This document shows positions 19,651-29,297 of a DNA stretch of 54,496 nt, one piece after another. This DNA comes from Pseudomonadota bacterium. GTDB lineage: Bacteria; Pseudomonadota; Alphaproteobacteria; MPNO01; UBA830. Numbering within the stretch: the stretch's first letter is position 1; each line of letters opens with the position of its first letter. The stretch covers positions 1 to 54,496 of the forward strand of contig JAYYZV010000061.1 of assembly GCA_036339975.1 (NCBI GenBank), written 5' to 3'. Both the position numbers and the translations under genes were made by a program. The notes beneath the pieces were generated by a model. The model searched no databases and had not been told where the DNA came from. It saw only the letters and a list, made by a program, of their open reading frames with translations.

Positions 19651-20829
19651 CTATACTATCCCCTTCTTTTGCAGACCCCCGATCGCCGCCTGGTCCAGCC
19701 CCAGTTCGACCAACACCTCCGTTGTATGTTCTCCCAACTGCGGCGGTGGCCGCTTCGGCTGATCGTCCCGCGACCCATCTATGTATACAGCGCGACGGCT
19801 GAACGTCTGCTTCCCTTCCTCAGGATGCTCTACCTGAAAGAAGGTATCCAGGTGCTTTACTTGGGGGTCATCGAATACGTCCGGTAAAGTATTTATCGGG
19901 GCATATGGCACGTCGTTTTCTTCGAGACGTGGCATCCAGTAATCTCGAGGCTGGGTTATCGCCGCCTGCTTGAATTCCGCACCCATATCGAAGTAGTGAA
20001 CGATGCGCGACATACGGTCAGCATAGCGCTCATCGTCACGCATATACTCGACACCAAACGCCGCCGTCACCCCCTGCCAGAATTTTTCCTGAGATGAAAG
20101 GTGTACCGCCAACAGCTTGCCGTCGGCACATTTCATGGCATGCGACTGAGAAGCCTCAGAACGCGATGTCCGGCTGGGCTGAATATCCTGCTGCGTCAGA
20201 TTGGCGAATGGATCGGGTAAAAACCAGATAGAACTTTCCAGCATATTAACCGCTAACGAACGGGCTGGCCCACCCCGCTCGCGTTCAAAAAGCGCCGATA
20301 AAATGCCGTAGCACGCATTGATGCCGGTAATATTGTCACCGATTGTCGGGCCGGTCGTCTGCGGATTATCGGGGTCCAGAAAAAGGCTGGCGACGCCCGA
20401 CAGAGACTGCGCAACCGCATCGTAGGCAGGGCGCTTCTCGTAGGGGCCTTCCTCCCCAAATCCCGTTATAGAACAATAGATCAGGTTAGGATTTCTCTTG
20501 CGCAACTGGTCGACTGACAATTTTAGGCGGTCCATCACCCCGGGGCGGAAATTCTCTACCAATACATCTGCCGTCTCAACCAGCTTCAGCAAGATTTCCC
20601 TACCATCTTCGGAACGAATGTCGAGCGTGACCGAACGCTTGTTGCGATTATAGGCTCCGAACTGCGCCGAGTACGTACCCCCTCGCCATGCCCGAAACAT
20701 GTCTCCACCCTCCACCTTTTCGATCTTAATGCAATCGGCACCCATATCGCCCAGCATCTGGCCGCATAGAGATCCAGTGATCATAGTTGTCAGTTCGATC
20801 ACTCGAACACCGTCGAGAGGTCCCGCCAT
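19651..20829 (-). CDS. Family III CoA-transferase (CaiB/BaiF/Frc type)
   Basis: 392 aa. N-terminus LDGVRVIELTTMITGSLCGQMLGDMGADCIKIE is the family hallmark. Confidence 0.9.
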   Translation of the reverse strand: MAGPLDGVRVIELTTMITGSLCGQMLGDMGADCIKIEKVEGGDMFRAWRGGTYSAQFGAYNRNKRSVTLDIRSEDGREILLKLVETADVLVENFRPGVMDRLKLSVDQLRKRNPNLIYCSITGFGEEGPYEKRPAYDAVAQSLSGVASLFLDPDNPQTTGPTIGDNITGINACYGILSALFERERGGPARSLAVNMLESSIWFLPDPFANLTQQDIQPSRTSRSEASQSHAMKCADGKLLAVHLSSQEKFWQGVTAAFGVEYMRDDERYADRMSRIVHYFDMGAEFKQAAITQPRDYWMPRLEENDVPYAPINTLPDVFDDPQVKHLDTFFQVEHPEEGKQTFSRRAVYIDGSRDDQPKRPPPQLGEHTTEVLVELGLDQAAIGGLQKKGIV

Positions 20830-20859
20830 ATATATTCTCCCTGATATTTCTCGTTGTCC

Positions 20860-21924
20860 CTAGGCGTTCTCTCGCGCGCAAGAATAATCCATTTGTTCCG
20901 CGGCGATCATCTCGTCAATCATTCGCCGAACCTGAATATTGGGCGCATCGGGTTTGATGTCGATCTCGTGCGCTCCGGGAAACTGTGACATTCTCATCTG
21001 TTGGCCTTCTAGCACCGCCTTGTCCTCATCGAAAACTTTTGTAAATTGGTTGCGATAAATTTCGTCCCATTCTTCTGAGTCGATTTCGAAGTGGCGGCAG
21101 TGTGAATAGAAGTAATGGGTTGAATGTTCCGTCTCCGGCGTGGGTAGGTTCATTATTTTCATCTCGACACCCCGTTCCGGTCCCACCGCACCGGGCGTGA
21201 TACCGGTTCCAACCTCAACCGACCCGGCGTCGGATGCCATGTAACAGGGTAAATCGGAAGTCGTCATGATCCACCGATCAACGTTACCCTTGAATTGTCC
21301 CGCCTTCTGATAGAAGGGCGCGGCGGGTCGATCGTAGATCACGCGGCTCATCTTCACGCGTTTTTCGTCGTCCCAGCGTTCCGTTTTTACTGGGAAATCG
21401 ACGATGGAGTCGGCGCCTATAGAGGACGCATGGACGTATGTCAGGTGCGTGATATCGAACAAATTATCTGAAATAAGTAAGTAGTTCGCGTTAATGTGCA
21501 TCGGCAGACCACCACGCCCAGGAATGGTTTTCCATTCTGGGCTTTCCAACCACCACCAGTCCGGAACCTGGTCCGGAACTGCTTTCGCGGGATCGCCGGT
21601 CCATATCCAAACCCATCCATATCTCAGTAGAACCGGATAGGAACGAACTTCTGCTCCAGGCGGAATCCTAGATTGACCGGGCACCTTCACGCACTTGCCA
21701 GTACAGTCAAATTCAAGCCCATGATAGCCACACTGAAGATTATCCCCGATAACTTTACCCATCGACAGTGGCAGGGATCGGTGGCAGCAACGGTCTTCAA
21801 GCGCCGCTATACCTTCAGGCGTTCGGAATATCACCACGGGTTCGTTCAAAATCGTGCGCGCCAGCGGTGCGTCGCCGATTTCTGTTTCCCAGGCCGCCAC
21901 GTACCAGGCGTTGCGTACGAACAT
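20860..21924 (-). CDS. Rieske [2Fe-2S] non-heme-iron oxygenase, VanA/phthalate-family oxygenase component
   Basis: Rieske motif CCHRSLPL...CGYHGLEF. Mononuclear-iron motif DNLFDITHLTYVH. I use the ATG at 21924 (MFVRNAWYVAAW, the typical N-terminus) rather than 21972. No reductase gene is nearby. Confidence 0.85.
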   Translation of the reverse strand: MFVRNAWYVAAWETEIGDAPLARTILNEPVVIFRTPEGIAALEDRCCHRSLPLSMGKVIGDNLQCGYHGLEFDCTGKCVKVPGQSRIPPGAEVRSYPVLLRYGWVWIWTGDPAKAVPDQVPDWWWLESPEWKTIPGRGGLPMHINANYLLISDNLFDITHLTYVHASSIGADSIVDFPVKTERWDDEKRVKMSRVIYDRPAAPFYQKAGQFKGNVDRWIMTTSDLPCYMASDAGSVEVGTGITPGAVGPERGVEMKIMNLPTPETEHSTHYFYSHCRHFEIDSEEWDEIYRNQFTKVFDEDKAVLEGQQMRMSQFPGAHEIDIKPDAPNIQVRRMIDEMIAAEQMDYSCARENA

Positions 21925-22021
21925 TCTAATTCTCCCCGCCCCGTTTTCCCATATCGAATGGGTTTTGCACAATGGCGCAAGCCAACTATCATTAGAAAAT
22001 AATATTTCTCCGGGAGGGCAA

Positions 22022-22219
22022 ATGGCCCTTATCGACGCCTACAACCACGTCATTCCAAATACCTATTTCAAGAAGCTGGCCGAGATAGCCCCCGACCCAG
22101 AGGGCGGAACCCTGCTTATCCGGGAAACTATCAATGCCTTGGAAAACCTAGATATCAGCCGAGCAGAACGGGATAAAATATATAGCGGCAACCTGAAACG
22201 GTTGCTGAAGATCTCCTAA
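22022..22219 (+). pseudogene. 65-aa mini-ORF that looks like an amidohydrolase N-terminus fused to an amidohydrolase C-terminus (internal-deletion remnant)
   Basis: MALIDAYNHVIPNTYF resembles the first strand and metal-His region of amidohydrolase_2 proteins. ISRAERDKIYSGNLKRLLKI resembles their C-terminal helix. The whole barrel in between is missing. GGGAGGG SD. Stop lies 4 nt before the ligase ATG. Confidence 0.5.
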
Positions 22220-22223
22220 TGTA

Positions 22224-23789
22224 ATGTTGAACCCAACCGTCGACCCAGAAAGACTGGAAATTCCATTCCGCACCTTGGGCGCAGCCTTTGCAGATTACGA
22301 GAGCTTGCACCCCGAGAAAACAGCAATTTTTGCCATAGACCAAGGCTCATCTTTGTCCTTCGGCAAACTCCGCGAACTAACCGACCGGTTGGCAGCAAGA
22401 ATGTGGTCAGATGGTGTTCGGCGCGGTGACAGGGTTGCCATTCTAGCCAGCGAATGCATGGAAAAATTGGTACTGATGTTCGCGGCGTGGCGGTGCGGTG
22501 CGTCCTCATGTCCATTTCATGCTGAAATCGCGCCGGATCATCTGCGCTCCATCCTGCATACCATCAGTCCGGCATTGATCGTATGGCGCCGCGGTGATTT
22601 GGACGGTGAAGCGCTAGTGGAAGGTATGGCATGCCCGGCTTATGAATTCTCATCACTTAATGCCGAAGATGGATACTTCGCTAACCTTCCTGACAACGTA
22701 AGCACTCTGCCAACCATTGGCACCGAATACGGTCCAGGTGACGAAGGATGTATATTCGCGACGTCGGGAACGACGGATAGGCCGAAATGTGTCGTATGGG
22801 ATCAGTTGGGCCTCTGGCTATGCGGATTATCAACCATCGATTTCACTGGGATGCACTCCAACGACCGGATACTCGAATACCGGACTTTCAGCTGGCTTTC
22901 CCCGCAGATCGTTACGTTCATGCCATTTGTCTCGCTGGGCTTGACTATTGTAATGGCGGAAGGGTTTTCCAGGTCCCGGTTCATAGCATGGGTTAAGGAT
23001 TATCGGGTCACCATCGCAGCCGGTGTCCCGACCGTAATCAACATGCTGCTAGATGAACCGGTTCCATTTGAGCGACAGGATATAGCAACACTCCGCATCA
23101 TGACGGCAAGTTCCGCCCCGCTCGCCCCTGAAAGGTGGCGGCAATTTGAGGCCTATTACGGCATCCGCCTCCTGCAGTTCTACGGTGCATCTGAAGGCGG
23201 CTGGCTGTGTGGCAACCGGCAGGACAAATTTCGCGTGGGCACCGCAGGTCCACCGGCTCGGCATATGGATCTGGCGATCATTGCACCGGACGGTACAAAA
23301 TGCCCATCAGGCGTCGAGGGTGAAATCACCATCCGAGGCCCGCAAACCGCCACCGCATCAATCACTGCAGACGGTGCATGGGAGGACCGAACTCCCTTCA
23401 GGCTAACGGAACGAACGCGTGTCGGCGACCTTGGGGTTCTGGATGCCGACGGCTTTATCACCGTCACTGGGCGGGTCAAGGACATCATCCTCCGCGGTGG
23501 TGCCTCAATCGCACCATTAGAGATTGATGCGGCTTTGATGACCCATCCGGATGTCCACGAAGCGGCTGTCGTCGGTGTGCCCGACAGGATCTGGGGTGAG
23601 GAGATCGCGGCTTATGTCGTCAGAACCGACGGTGCCGACAGTTCAACGGAAGACATCCTCGCCCACGCCGCCGCGGTACTTCCGGAATTCAAGCGCCCCA
23701 AAACAGTGGAATTCATTGACGCACTTCCAAAGAACGAGCGAGGCAAAATCCGCCGCGACGAGTTAAAAAAAACAAAGGATGATGCGTGA
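22224..23789 (+). CDS. AMP-dependent acyl/aryl-CoA synthetase (ANL superfamily)
   Basis: 521 aa. AMP-binding motif ATSGTTDRPKCV, YGASEGG, C-terminal PKNERGKIRR. Confidence 0.9.
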   Translation: MLNPTVDPERLEIPFRTLGAAFADYESLHPEKTAIFAIDQGSSLSFGKLRELTDRLAARMWSDGVRRGDRVAILASECMEKLVLMFAAWRCGASSCPFHAEIAPDHLRSILHTISPALIVWRRGDLDGEALVEGMACPAYEFSSLNAEDGYFANLPDNVSTLPTIGTEYGPGDEGCIFATSGTTDRPKCVVWDQLGLWLCGLSTIDFTGMHSNDRILEYRTFSWLSPQIVTFMPFVSLGLTIVMAEGFSRSRFIAWVKDYRVTIAAGVPTVINMLLDEPVPFERQDIATLRIMTASSAPLAPERWRQFEAYYGIRLLQFYGASEGGWLCGNRQDKFRVGTAGPPARHMDLAIIAPDGTKCPSGVEGEITIRGPQTATASITADGAWEDRTPFRLTERTRVGDLGVLDADGFITVTGRVKDIILRGGASIAPLEIDAALMTHPDVHEAAVVGVPDRIWGEEIAAYVVRTDGADSSTEDILAHAAAVLPEFKRPKTVEFIDALPKNERGKIRRDELKKTKDDA

Positions 23790-23792
23790 CGC

Positions 23793-24692
23793 CTAAACTT
23801 GTCGACTTCTTTGCCTATCCGGAGCCGATACCAGCGCGACGCCGCTGACGATTAGCACCAGGCCGGAAGCCAGATCCAGCGTCAGCTCCTCGTTCAAGAA
23901 TAACACAGATAGTAAGAGCGCAAACACTGGCGCCCCGAGAAGCCCGACGGTCGACACCACTGTCGGCAGATACCTTACACAGGTGGTGACTGACATCATC
24001 GCCAGCGCCGTTCCAAACGTGCCACCATAGCCTAACAGCGCCCATTCTGTTCCGTTCCAGTCGAAATCGGGGAGGGGCTCAAAAATCAGCGCCAACAGCC
24101 CGATAAACGACGCTGAAATCATTAACTGATATGGAGCAAGCTGAATTGGTGTGAGAAGTGAACGATAAGACCGGATATGAATGATGGTGACCGACCATAA
24201 GAGCGCGCAGATCATCAGCAGCGCATTACCCAAAACCACGTCGCCATTGGACCAGTCGAAGGCGCCGGGATTGAACAGCACGAACAGTCCTATCATTGCG
24301 ATGACCATGCCGATTAGCCTGCGCTTTGACGGCTTCTCACCAAACAGAAAGTAAGCGGCAGGCAAGACCCAGAGCGGCGTGGTATATCCGAGCAGCGCGG
24401 CGCGCCCGGCTTCGACATACAAAAGCGCGATATGCATTAGTGTGGTGTAAAACGCCAGCATTATAAAACCGACAGAGATGACCAACGGCAGATCTTGTCG
24501 AGGCGGTAGTCGCAGGCGGCCGGTAAAATGCAATACGCCTAACAGGATAATAACTCCGGTCGACATCCTGAGCGACGCAAACCAGAATGGCGGAATAGTC
24601 TCGATCGCGTTCCGGGTGACGGGCCACAACCCACCATAACCGACTACGGCGCCAACCAGAGCCAAATATCCCACAGTTCGGTTATTCAGCAT
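23793..24692 (-). CDS. DMT-superfamily (EamA-type) transporter, paralog of 25521-26426
   Basis: 299 aa, 10-TM pattern. Clearly alignable with the 301-aa ORF two genes upstream (AGRAALLGYTTPLWV vs AGRATVLGYTTAIFV). Confidence 0.8.
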   Translation of the reverse strand: MLNNRTVGYLALVGAVVGYGGLWPVTRNAIETIPPFWFASLRMSTGVIILLGVLHFTGRLRLPPRQDLPLVISVGFIMLAFYTTLMHIALLYVEAGRAALLGYTTPLWVLPAAYFLFGEKPSKRRLIGMVIAMIGLFVLFNPGAFDWSNGDVVLGNALLMICALLWSVTIIHIRSYRSLLTPIQLAPYQLMISASFIGLLALIFEPLPDFDWNGTEWALLGYGGTFGTALAMMSVTTCVRYLPTVVSTVGLLGAPVFALLLSVLFLNEELTLDLASGLVLIVSGVALVSAPDRQRSRQV

Positions 24693-24698
24693 GGTGGT

Positions 24699-25448
24699 TT
24701 AGCCGAACGCGGCTCCGCCATTGATATTCGTGTTCTCTCCGGTAATAAATCCGGCTTCCTCAGATAATAGCCAGATCGCAGCGGCGGCCTGCTCTTCTGG
24801 TTGCGACACTCGGCCGAGCGCCGCACGGGCAGCCGCACCCTGCATCGCCTCATTGGAATATTCAGACGTCATCGCCGTTTCGACTACACCGGGGCTGATC
24901 GCATTTACGCGGATACCGTATTTTCCCCAGGATTTCGCTAGTGTGCGCACAAGCACCAATACCCCGCCCTTGGACGTCGTATATGCCGGACCGCCGCGTC
25001 CGTTCTCACCGGTTCCGCCCATCAGCACCCCGCCCGATGCCGTAAGTACCATTGAACCCTTGATAGCCTGATCGATCATCACATTTGCGGCCGCTTTCGC
25101 CATCAGAAAAGAGCCCGTCACATTGATGGAGAGAATACGGTTGAATTCATCTTCATCCGCCAACTCCCAATTAAGCTTTGAATGAGCGGCGGCAAAATGC
25201 GCAAGACAATCGACGCGCCCAAAGGCGTCGACCGCGGTCTGCGCCGCGGCACCTGCCGTAGTCGACTTCGCTACATCGCCTGGCACAAGTTTCAGCGTGT
25301 CGGTTTCATCACCTAGTTCAGCCTGCAGGCGGTCACCATCGAGATCCACGGCAATGACCTGATTACCGCCGGTGATAAGTCTTTGGGCGCAAGCCCGTCC
25401 GATGCCGCTGGCGGCACCGGAGACTATTACAGTTTTATTGGTCAACAT
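24699..25448 (-). CDS. Short-chain dehydrogenase/reductase (SDR), paralog of 28517-29251
   Basis: TGAASGIG-type NAD(P) motif (VSGAASGIGRA). Active-site AYTTSK (YxxxK). Unusual glycine-rich insert GGTGENGRGGP shared with the second SDR. Confidence 0.9.
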   Translation of the reverse strand: MLTNKTVIVSGAASGIGRACAQRLITGGNQVIAVDLDGDRLQAELGDETDTLKLVPGDVAKSTTAGAAAQTAVDAFGRVDCLAHFAAAHSKLNWELADEDEFNRILSINVTGSFLMAKAAANVMIDQAIKGSMVLTASGGVLMGGTGENGRGGPAYTTSKGGVLVLVRTLAKSWGKYGIRVNAISPGVVETAMTSEYSNEAMQGAAARAALGRVSQPEEQAAAAIWLLSEEAGFITGENTNINGGAAFG

Positions 25449-25520
25449 CTGTAACCGCAGCTCCGTTGTTAAATCCTTAGCAAGGATTTTTGCATGGGAC
25501 AGCCCATCACCTCTCGACGA

Positions 25521-26426
25521 TTAGCTGACATAACCCTCGTCCGGCGGACGCGACAAAGTTACAGCAACAATACCAGACACGATAAGCACTAACCCAATAA
25601 GTAGTGACCAGGTAAGTATTTCGCCGAGGAATGCGACACTAATAATAATTGCAAAAACGGGCACACCCAACAATCCAATCGTTGAAGTTGTCGCTGGCAG
25701 GTTCATGATTGCGGTGGTTACGCCCCAATTCCCGATACCGCTGCAAATGATACCGGCGTACAAGAATATTACCCAACCGGTACCGCTTACCTCGAATACG
25801 GGCGGACCCTCAAAAATCAATCCCGCCGTCGCAGCTACCATGAAAGACACCACCAGATACCACGGCACCAGCGCGAGTGTATCAGATACCTGACGATGCA
25901 CCCGGAGATGGAGAATTACACAGGACCAAAGGATCACACAGAGTAACAGCAACCCATTACCGATAAGTACTTCGCGGTCCGACCAATCTAACTCCGCCGG
26001 GCTGAACAAAAGAAGAAGCCCGGCAAAAGCCGCCATAAGGCCAACAATTTTGATCCGGGTCAGCCTTTCACCAAGAAACAGAACAGCGACAGGCGTAACG
26101 AAAATTGCCGTTGTGTAGCCGAGGACCGTCGCTCTCCCGGCATGGACGAATTCCAAGGCACACTGAAAGATTGACGAATACAATCCCAACATGATGCCAC
26201 CAACGGAAAGGATTATAGGAATGTCTTTACTGTCGGGAAATTTTAGGCGGCCCTGCAAGCCGAGGAGTGCCGCTACGAATATAGCGCCAATGGCGAACCG
26301 CCCGGCAGTAAACCAAAGCGGCGGCAGGTAATCGATTGAAAGCTTGGCGGTTGTCCAAAGCGTGCCAAAGCAGAACACTGTGGTGGCAAGCGCGACGAAG
26401 CCAAGTCGTTGGTTTTCGCCCATCAA
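25521..26426 (-). CDS. DMT-superfamily (EamA-type) transporter
   Basis: 301 aa, 10-TM pattern, paralog of 23793-24692. Confidence 0.8.
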   Translation of the reverse strand: MMGENQRLGFVALATTVFCFGTLWTTAKLSIDYLPPLWFTAGRFAIGAIFVAALLGLQGRLKFPDSKDIPIILSVGGIMLGLYSSIFQCALEFVHAGRATVLGYTTAIFVTPVAVLFLGERLTRIKIVGLMAAFAGLLLLFSPAELDWSDREVLIGNGLLLLCVILWSCVILHLRVHRQVSDTLALVPWYLVVSFMVAATAGLIFEGPPVFEVSGTGWVIFLYAGIICSGIGNWGVTTAIMNLPATTSTIGLLGVPVFAIIISVAFLGEILTWSLLIGLVLIVSGIVAVTLSRPPDEGYVS

Positions 26427-26475
26427 ATCGTGGAACCAAACGGACGGCGCGTTGGTCTAACGCGCCGTCCTGCCA

Positions 26476-27747
26476 TTACATCAGACGGGTCAGGAACAGC
26501 GAGAGTTCCGGAATGTAAGTAATAACCATCAAAGCCACGAGGTTCACAATTATGAACGGCACCAATCCCGGATAGATACTCGTGAGCGGCGCCTTAAATA
26601 ATGCCTGAGTGACGAAGATGTTTAAGCCGAAGGGCGGGGTAAACATACCAATCGCCAAGTTGACCGTCATGATGATGCCGAAGTGGATCAGATCCACGCC
26701 CATGGCGGCCGCGATGGGTGCCAGAAGGGGCGTCAGCACAAGAATAGCCGACCCGGGATCAAGCAGACAGCCAACAAACAGCAGGAAGACGTTGATCACT
26801 AAAAGAACCATCCAAGGCTGCATGTTCATTTCTTGGATTGCGGCGACGGCACTCTGTGGGATACCGCTGATCGTCAACAGATTCGAGAACACACCGGCGG
26901 CCGCCACAATGATCAGGACTTGGGCAGTCAGGAACATCGAGTTTACCGATACATCCCAAATACCCTTCCACGAAATATCGCCATAGACGAAGCGGGTCAC
27001 GAATATCGCGTAGACGCAGGCAACGCCCGCCGACTCTGTGGGCGAAAAAATGCCGGCATAAATACCGCCTAGGATGATGAACGGCGTACCAAGCGCCCAA
27101 ACACCCTCCTTGCTAGCCGTCAAGAATTGGGCAAAGGAAAAGCCTGCAGCCTCGCGAATACCGCTCTTGAGCGCAAAAGCGTAGATGTATGCGGCCATGA
27201 GACCGGCCATTACAAGACCTGGAATAACACCCGCGACAAATAAAAGCGCGACCGACTGTTCGGCCGACGCTCCATAAAGGATCATACTGATTGACGGTGG
27301 AATAACGATTGCGATAGCGCCTGACGATGCTAGCAAACCCGATGAGAATTTCTCGTTATACCCGGCGTTGCGCAGTGGGCCATATAATAGGCGCCCGACC
27401 GCTGCCACAGTAGCCGGGCTAGAGCCTGAAATGGCGCCGAATACCGTACAGGTGCCGACAGTGGTTAGCGCGAGACTACCGCGGACACCGCCAATGATCG
27501 AGAGCACCCAGGCTACTATCCGCTTCGATATCCCGCCATGTCCCATAATTTCGCCGGCGAAGATGAAGAACGGCACTGCCATGAGCGCGAATTTGTCAAC
27601 GCTGCCGAACATATTGATATGCATCGAATACGGTGGCACCGGCGCAAATATCAATAAGATAATCGCAGCAGTGGCAAGCAGGATAATGAAAATCGGAAAA
27701 CCCAGCACCAATAGGACAATCGGCACTATCCCCATAATCCATTCCAT
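26476..27747 (-). CDS. dctM: TRAP transporter large permease subunit
   Basis: 423 aa polytopic membrane protein with typical DctM sequence (FALMAVPFFIFAGEIM). Directly downstream of a DctQ-size gene. Confidence 0.9.
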   Translation of the reverse strand: MEWIMGIVPIVLLVLGFPIFIILLATAAIILLIFAPVPPYSMHINMFGSVDKFALMAVPFFIFAGEIMGHGGISKRIVAWVLSIIGGVRGSLALTTVGTCTVFGAISGSSPATVAAVGRLLYGPLRNAGYNEKFSSGLLASSGAIAIVIPPSISMILYGASAEQSVALLFVAGVIPGLVMAGLMAAYIYAFALKSGIREAAGFSFAQFLTASKEGVWALGTPFIILGGIYAGIFSPTESAGVACVYAIFVTRFVYGDISWKGIWDVSVNSMFLTAQVLIIVAAAGVFSNLLTISGIPQSAVAAIQEMNMQPWMVLLVINVFLLFVGCLLDPGSAILVLTPLLAPIAAAMGVDLIHFGIIMTVNLAIGMFTPPFGLNIFVTQALFKAPLTSIYPGLVPFIIVNLVALMVITYIPELSLFLTRLM

Positions 27748-27779
27748 AAATATACGCTCCTTCTTCTCTCGTTCTTACG

Positions 27780-28352
27780 CTACAGGGATTTGTTTTCGTC
27801 GGTGATGGCGTCGTCGGAGCCATATTCCTCGATTATATCGTCGACCTCGCTAGAAAGCGTTCCCATCACATTGGATTTGAACCTCAGCGCAACAGCGACA
27901 AATATCAAAACGAAGCCTAACAGCAGAGCGAAATGCGGGATGACCATCGGTGCTTCCGCGACCACGCTTCGTTGATCGTTATTCCACATCAGTTCGACAA
28001 CCGTCCAGTTGTAGGGAATTATATAAGCACAGACCAAAAGAACGGAGACTGCCGCTATGAAATTGATAATCTCTTTGTAGGGGCTCGGCATCATGATGGA
28101 AAAGAAATCCATCTTAAGGTGTTGTCCCTCAAACGACACCAGAACCGCCCCGACAAACACCGTCCAAACCATGATGTAAATCATAATTTCTTCAGCCCAG
28201 ACGATCGGTTCAAGGAAAAAATACCTACCGATTACATTTGCAAAATTTATCGCAATTCCGAGGAGAATAGCGACACCGATAATGAACCGCGGGATAGTTC
28301 TAATCCCAAACATTACTGGCTGCGGCAAAGAATTAGTGGACGTCTCCGACAT
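27780..28352 (-). CDS. dctQ: TRAP transporter small permease subunit
   Basis: 190 aa, four TM helices, gene order Q-M. No dctP on either side. Confidence 0.8.
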   Translation of the reverse strand: MSETSTNSLPQPVMFGIRTIPRFIIGVAILLGIAINFANVIGRYFFLEPIVWAEEIMIYIMVWTVFVGAVLVSFEGQHLKMDFFSIMMPSPYKEIINFIAAVSVLLVCAYIIPYNWTVVELMWNNDQRSVVAEAPMVIPHFALLLGFVLIFVAVALRFKSNVMGTLSSEVDDIIEEYGSDDAITDENKSL

Positions 28353-28516
28353 TTCAGCTCCTGAGAAAACGGTCGAGAATGAACCGCTACAAACTTTTGT
28401 TGTGCCCTCGTTTTGGGCCTCTTATCAAGAGAGGAGCATTATTGACCCACTCCCCTCCACCAATAGATGTTGCTAACCTACACTTTGTTATCTTTCTAAT
28501 CAATTCGGGGAAAATC

Positions 28517-29251
28517 ATGGGAAAGACGGTTTTAGTAACTGGAGCGGCAAGCGGGATTGGTCTCGCCTGCACGAAATTGCTACTCGAGGATGACTGCAAG
28601 GTTTTGGCGTTCGACCCGCAGGAAGATCGAATGCGCGCCGAACTTCCGTCGTGTAAAGAGGTAGAAATATTCGTTGGTGATGTTTCCAAAACGGACGATT
28701 GCCAGAGGGCGGTAGCAAAGACTGTCGAAAAATTCGGGGAGCTCAACGCTTTGATGCATTGGGGCGCCGCGCATTCCACCAAACGTTGGGACGAACTCGA
28801 TGCTGATGAGTGTAACTTCATTATGGCGGTCAACGTCACAGGTTCATTCCTAATCTCGCAGGCCGCCGCGGCCCACATGATGGCACATGAAGGGGGATCG
28901 ATCGTGCTAACTACGTCTGCGTCGATGCTCTATGGCGTCACCGGCGGGAATGGTCAGGGCGGCCCAGCTTATACGACGTCTAAGGCAGCGATCATCGGTC
29001 TAAATCGCTCACTGGCCCGCTCGTTAGCGCCGAAAGTCCGTTGCAATGCAGTCAGTCCTGGCATTGCCGAAACGGCAATGATCGCAGAATATACTGAAGA
29101 ACAGCGCAGCGCGATGTCTGTGTGGTTCCCAATGGGTCGGTTCGGGGAACCTCAGGAAATTGCCCATGCAGGCATTTTTCTGATCTCTGACAAAGCAAGT
29201 TTCATCACTGGTGAAGTCATTCATGCAAATGGTGGGTCCAACTTTAATTGA
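28517..29251 (+). CDS. Short-chain dehydrogenase/reductase (SDR)
   Basis: 244 aa from the ATG at 28517 (MGKTVLVTGAASGIGLA). AYTTSK catalytic motif. Insert GVTGGNGQGGP as in 24699-25448. The 46-codon upstream extension in the track is not protein-like. Confidence 0.9.
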   Translation: MGKTVLVTGAASGIGLACTKLLLEDDCKVLAFDPQEDRMRAELPSCKEVEIFVGDVSKTDDCQRAVAKTVEKFGELNALMHWGAAHSTKRWDELDADECNFIMAVNVTGSFLISQAAAAHMMAHEGGSIVLTTSASMLYGVTGGNGQGGPAYTTSKAAIIGLNRSLARSLAPKVRCNAVSPGIAETAMIAEYTEEQRSAMSVWFPMGRFGEPQEIAHAGIFLISDKASFITGEVIHANGGSNFN

Positions 29252-29297
29252 GGCCTAGGAGTCGGTAAGATCGATACAAGTAACAGGGAGACACAAC

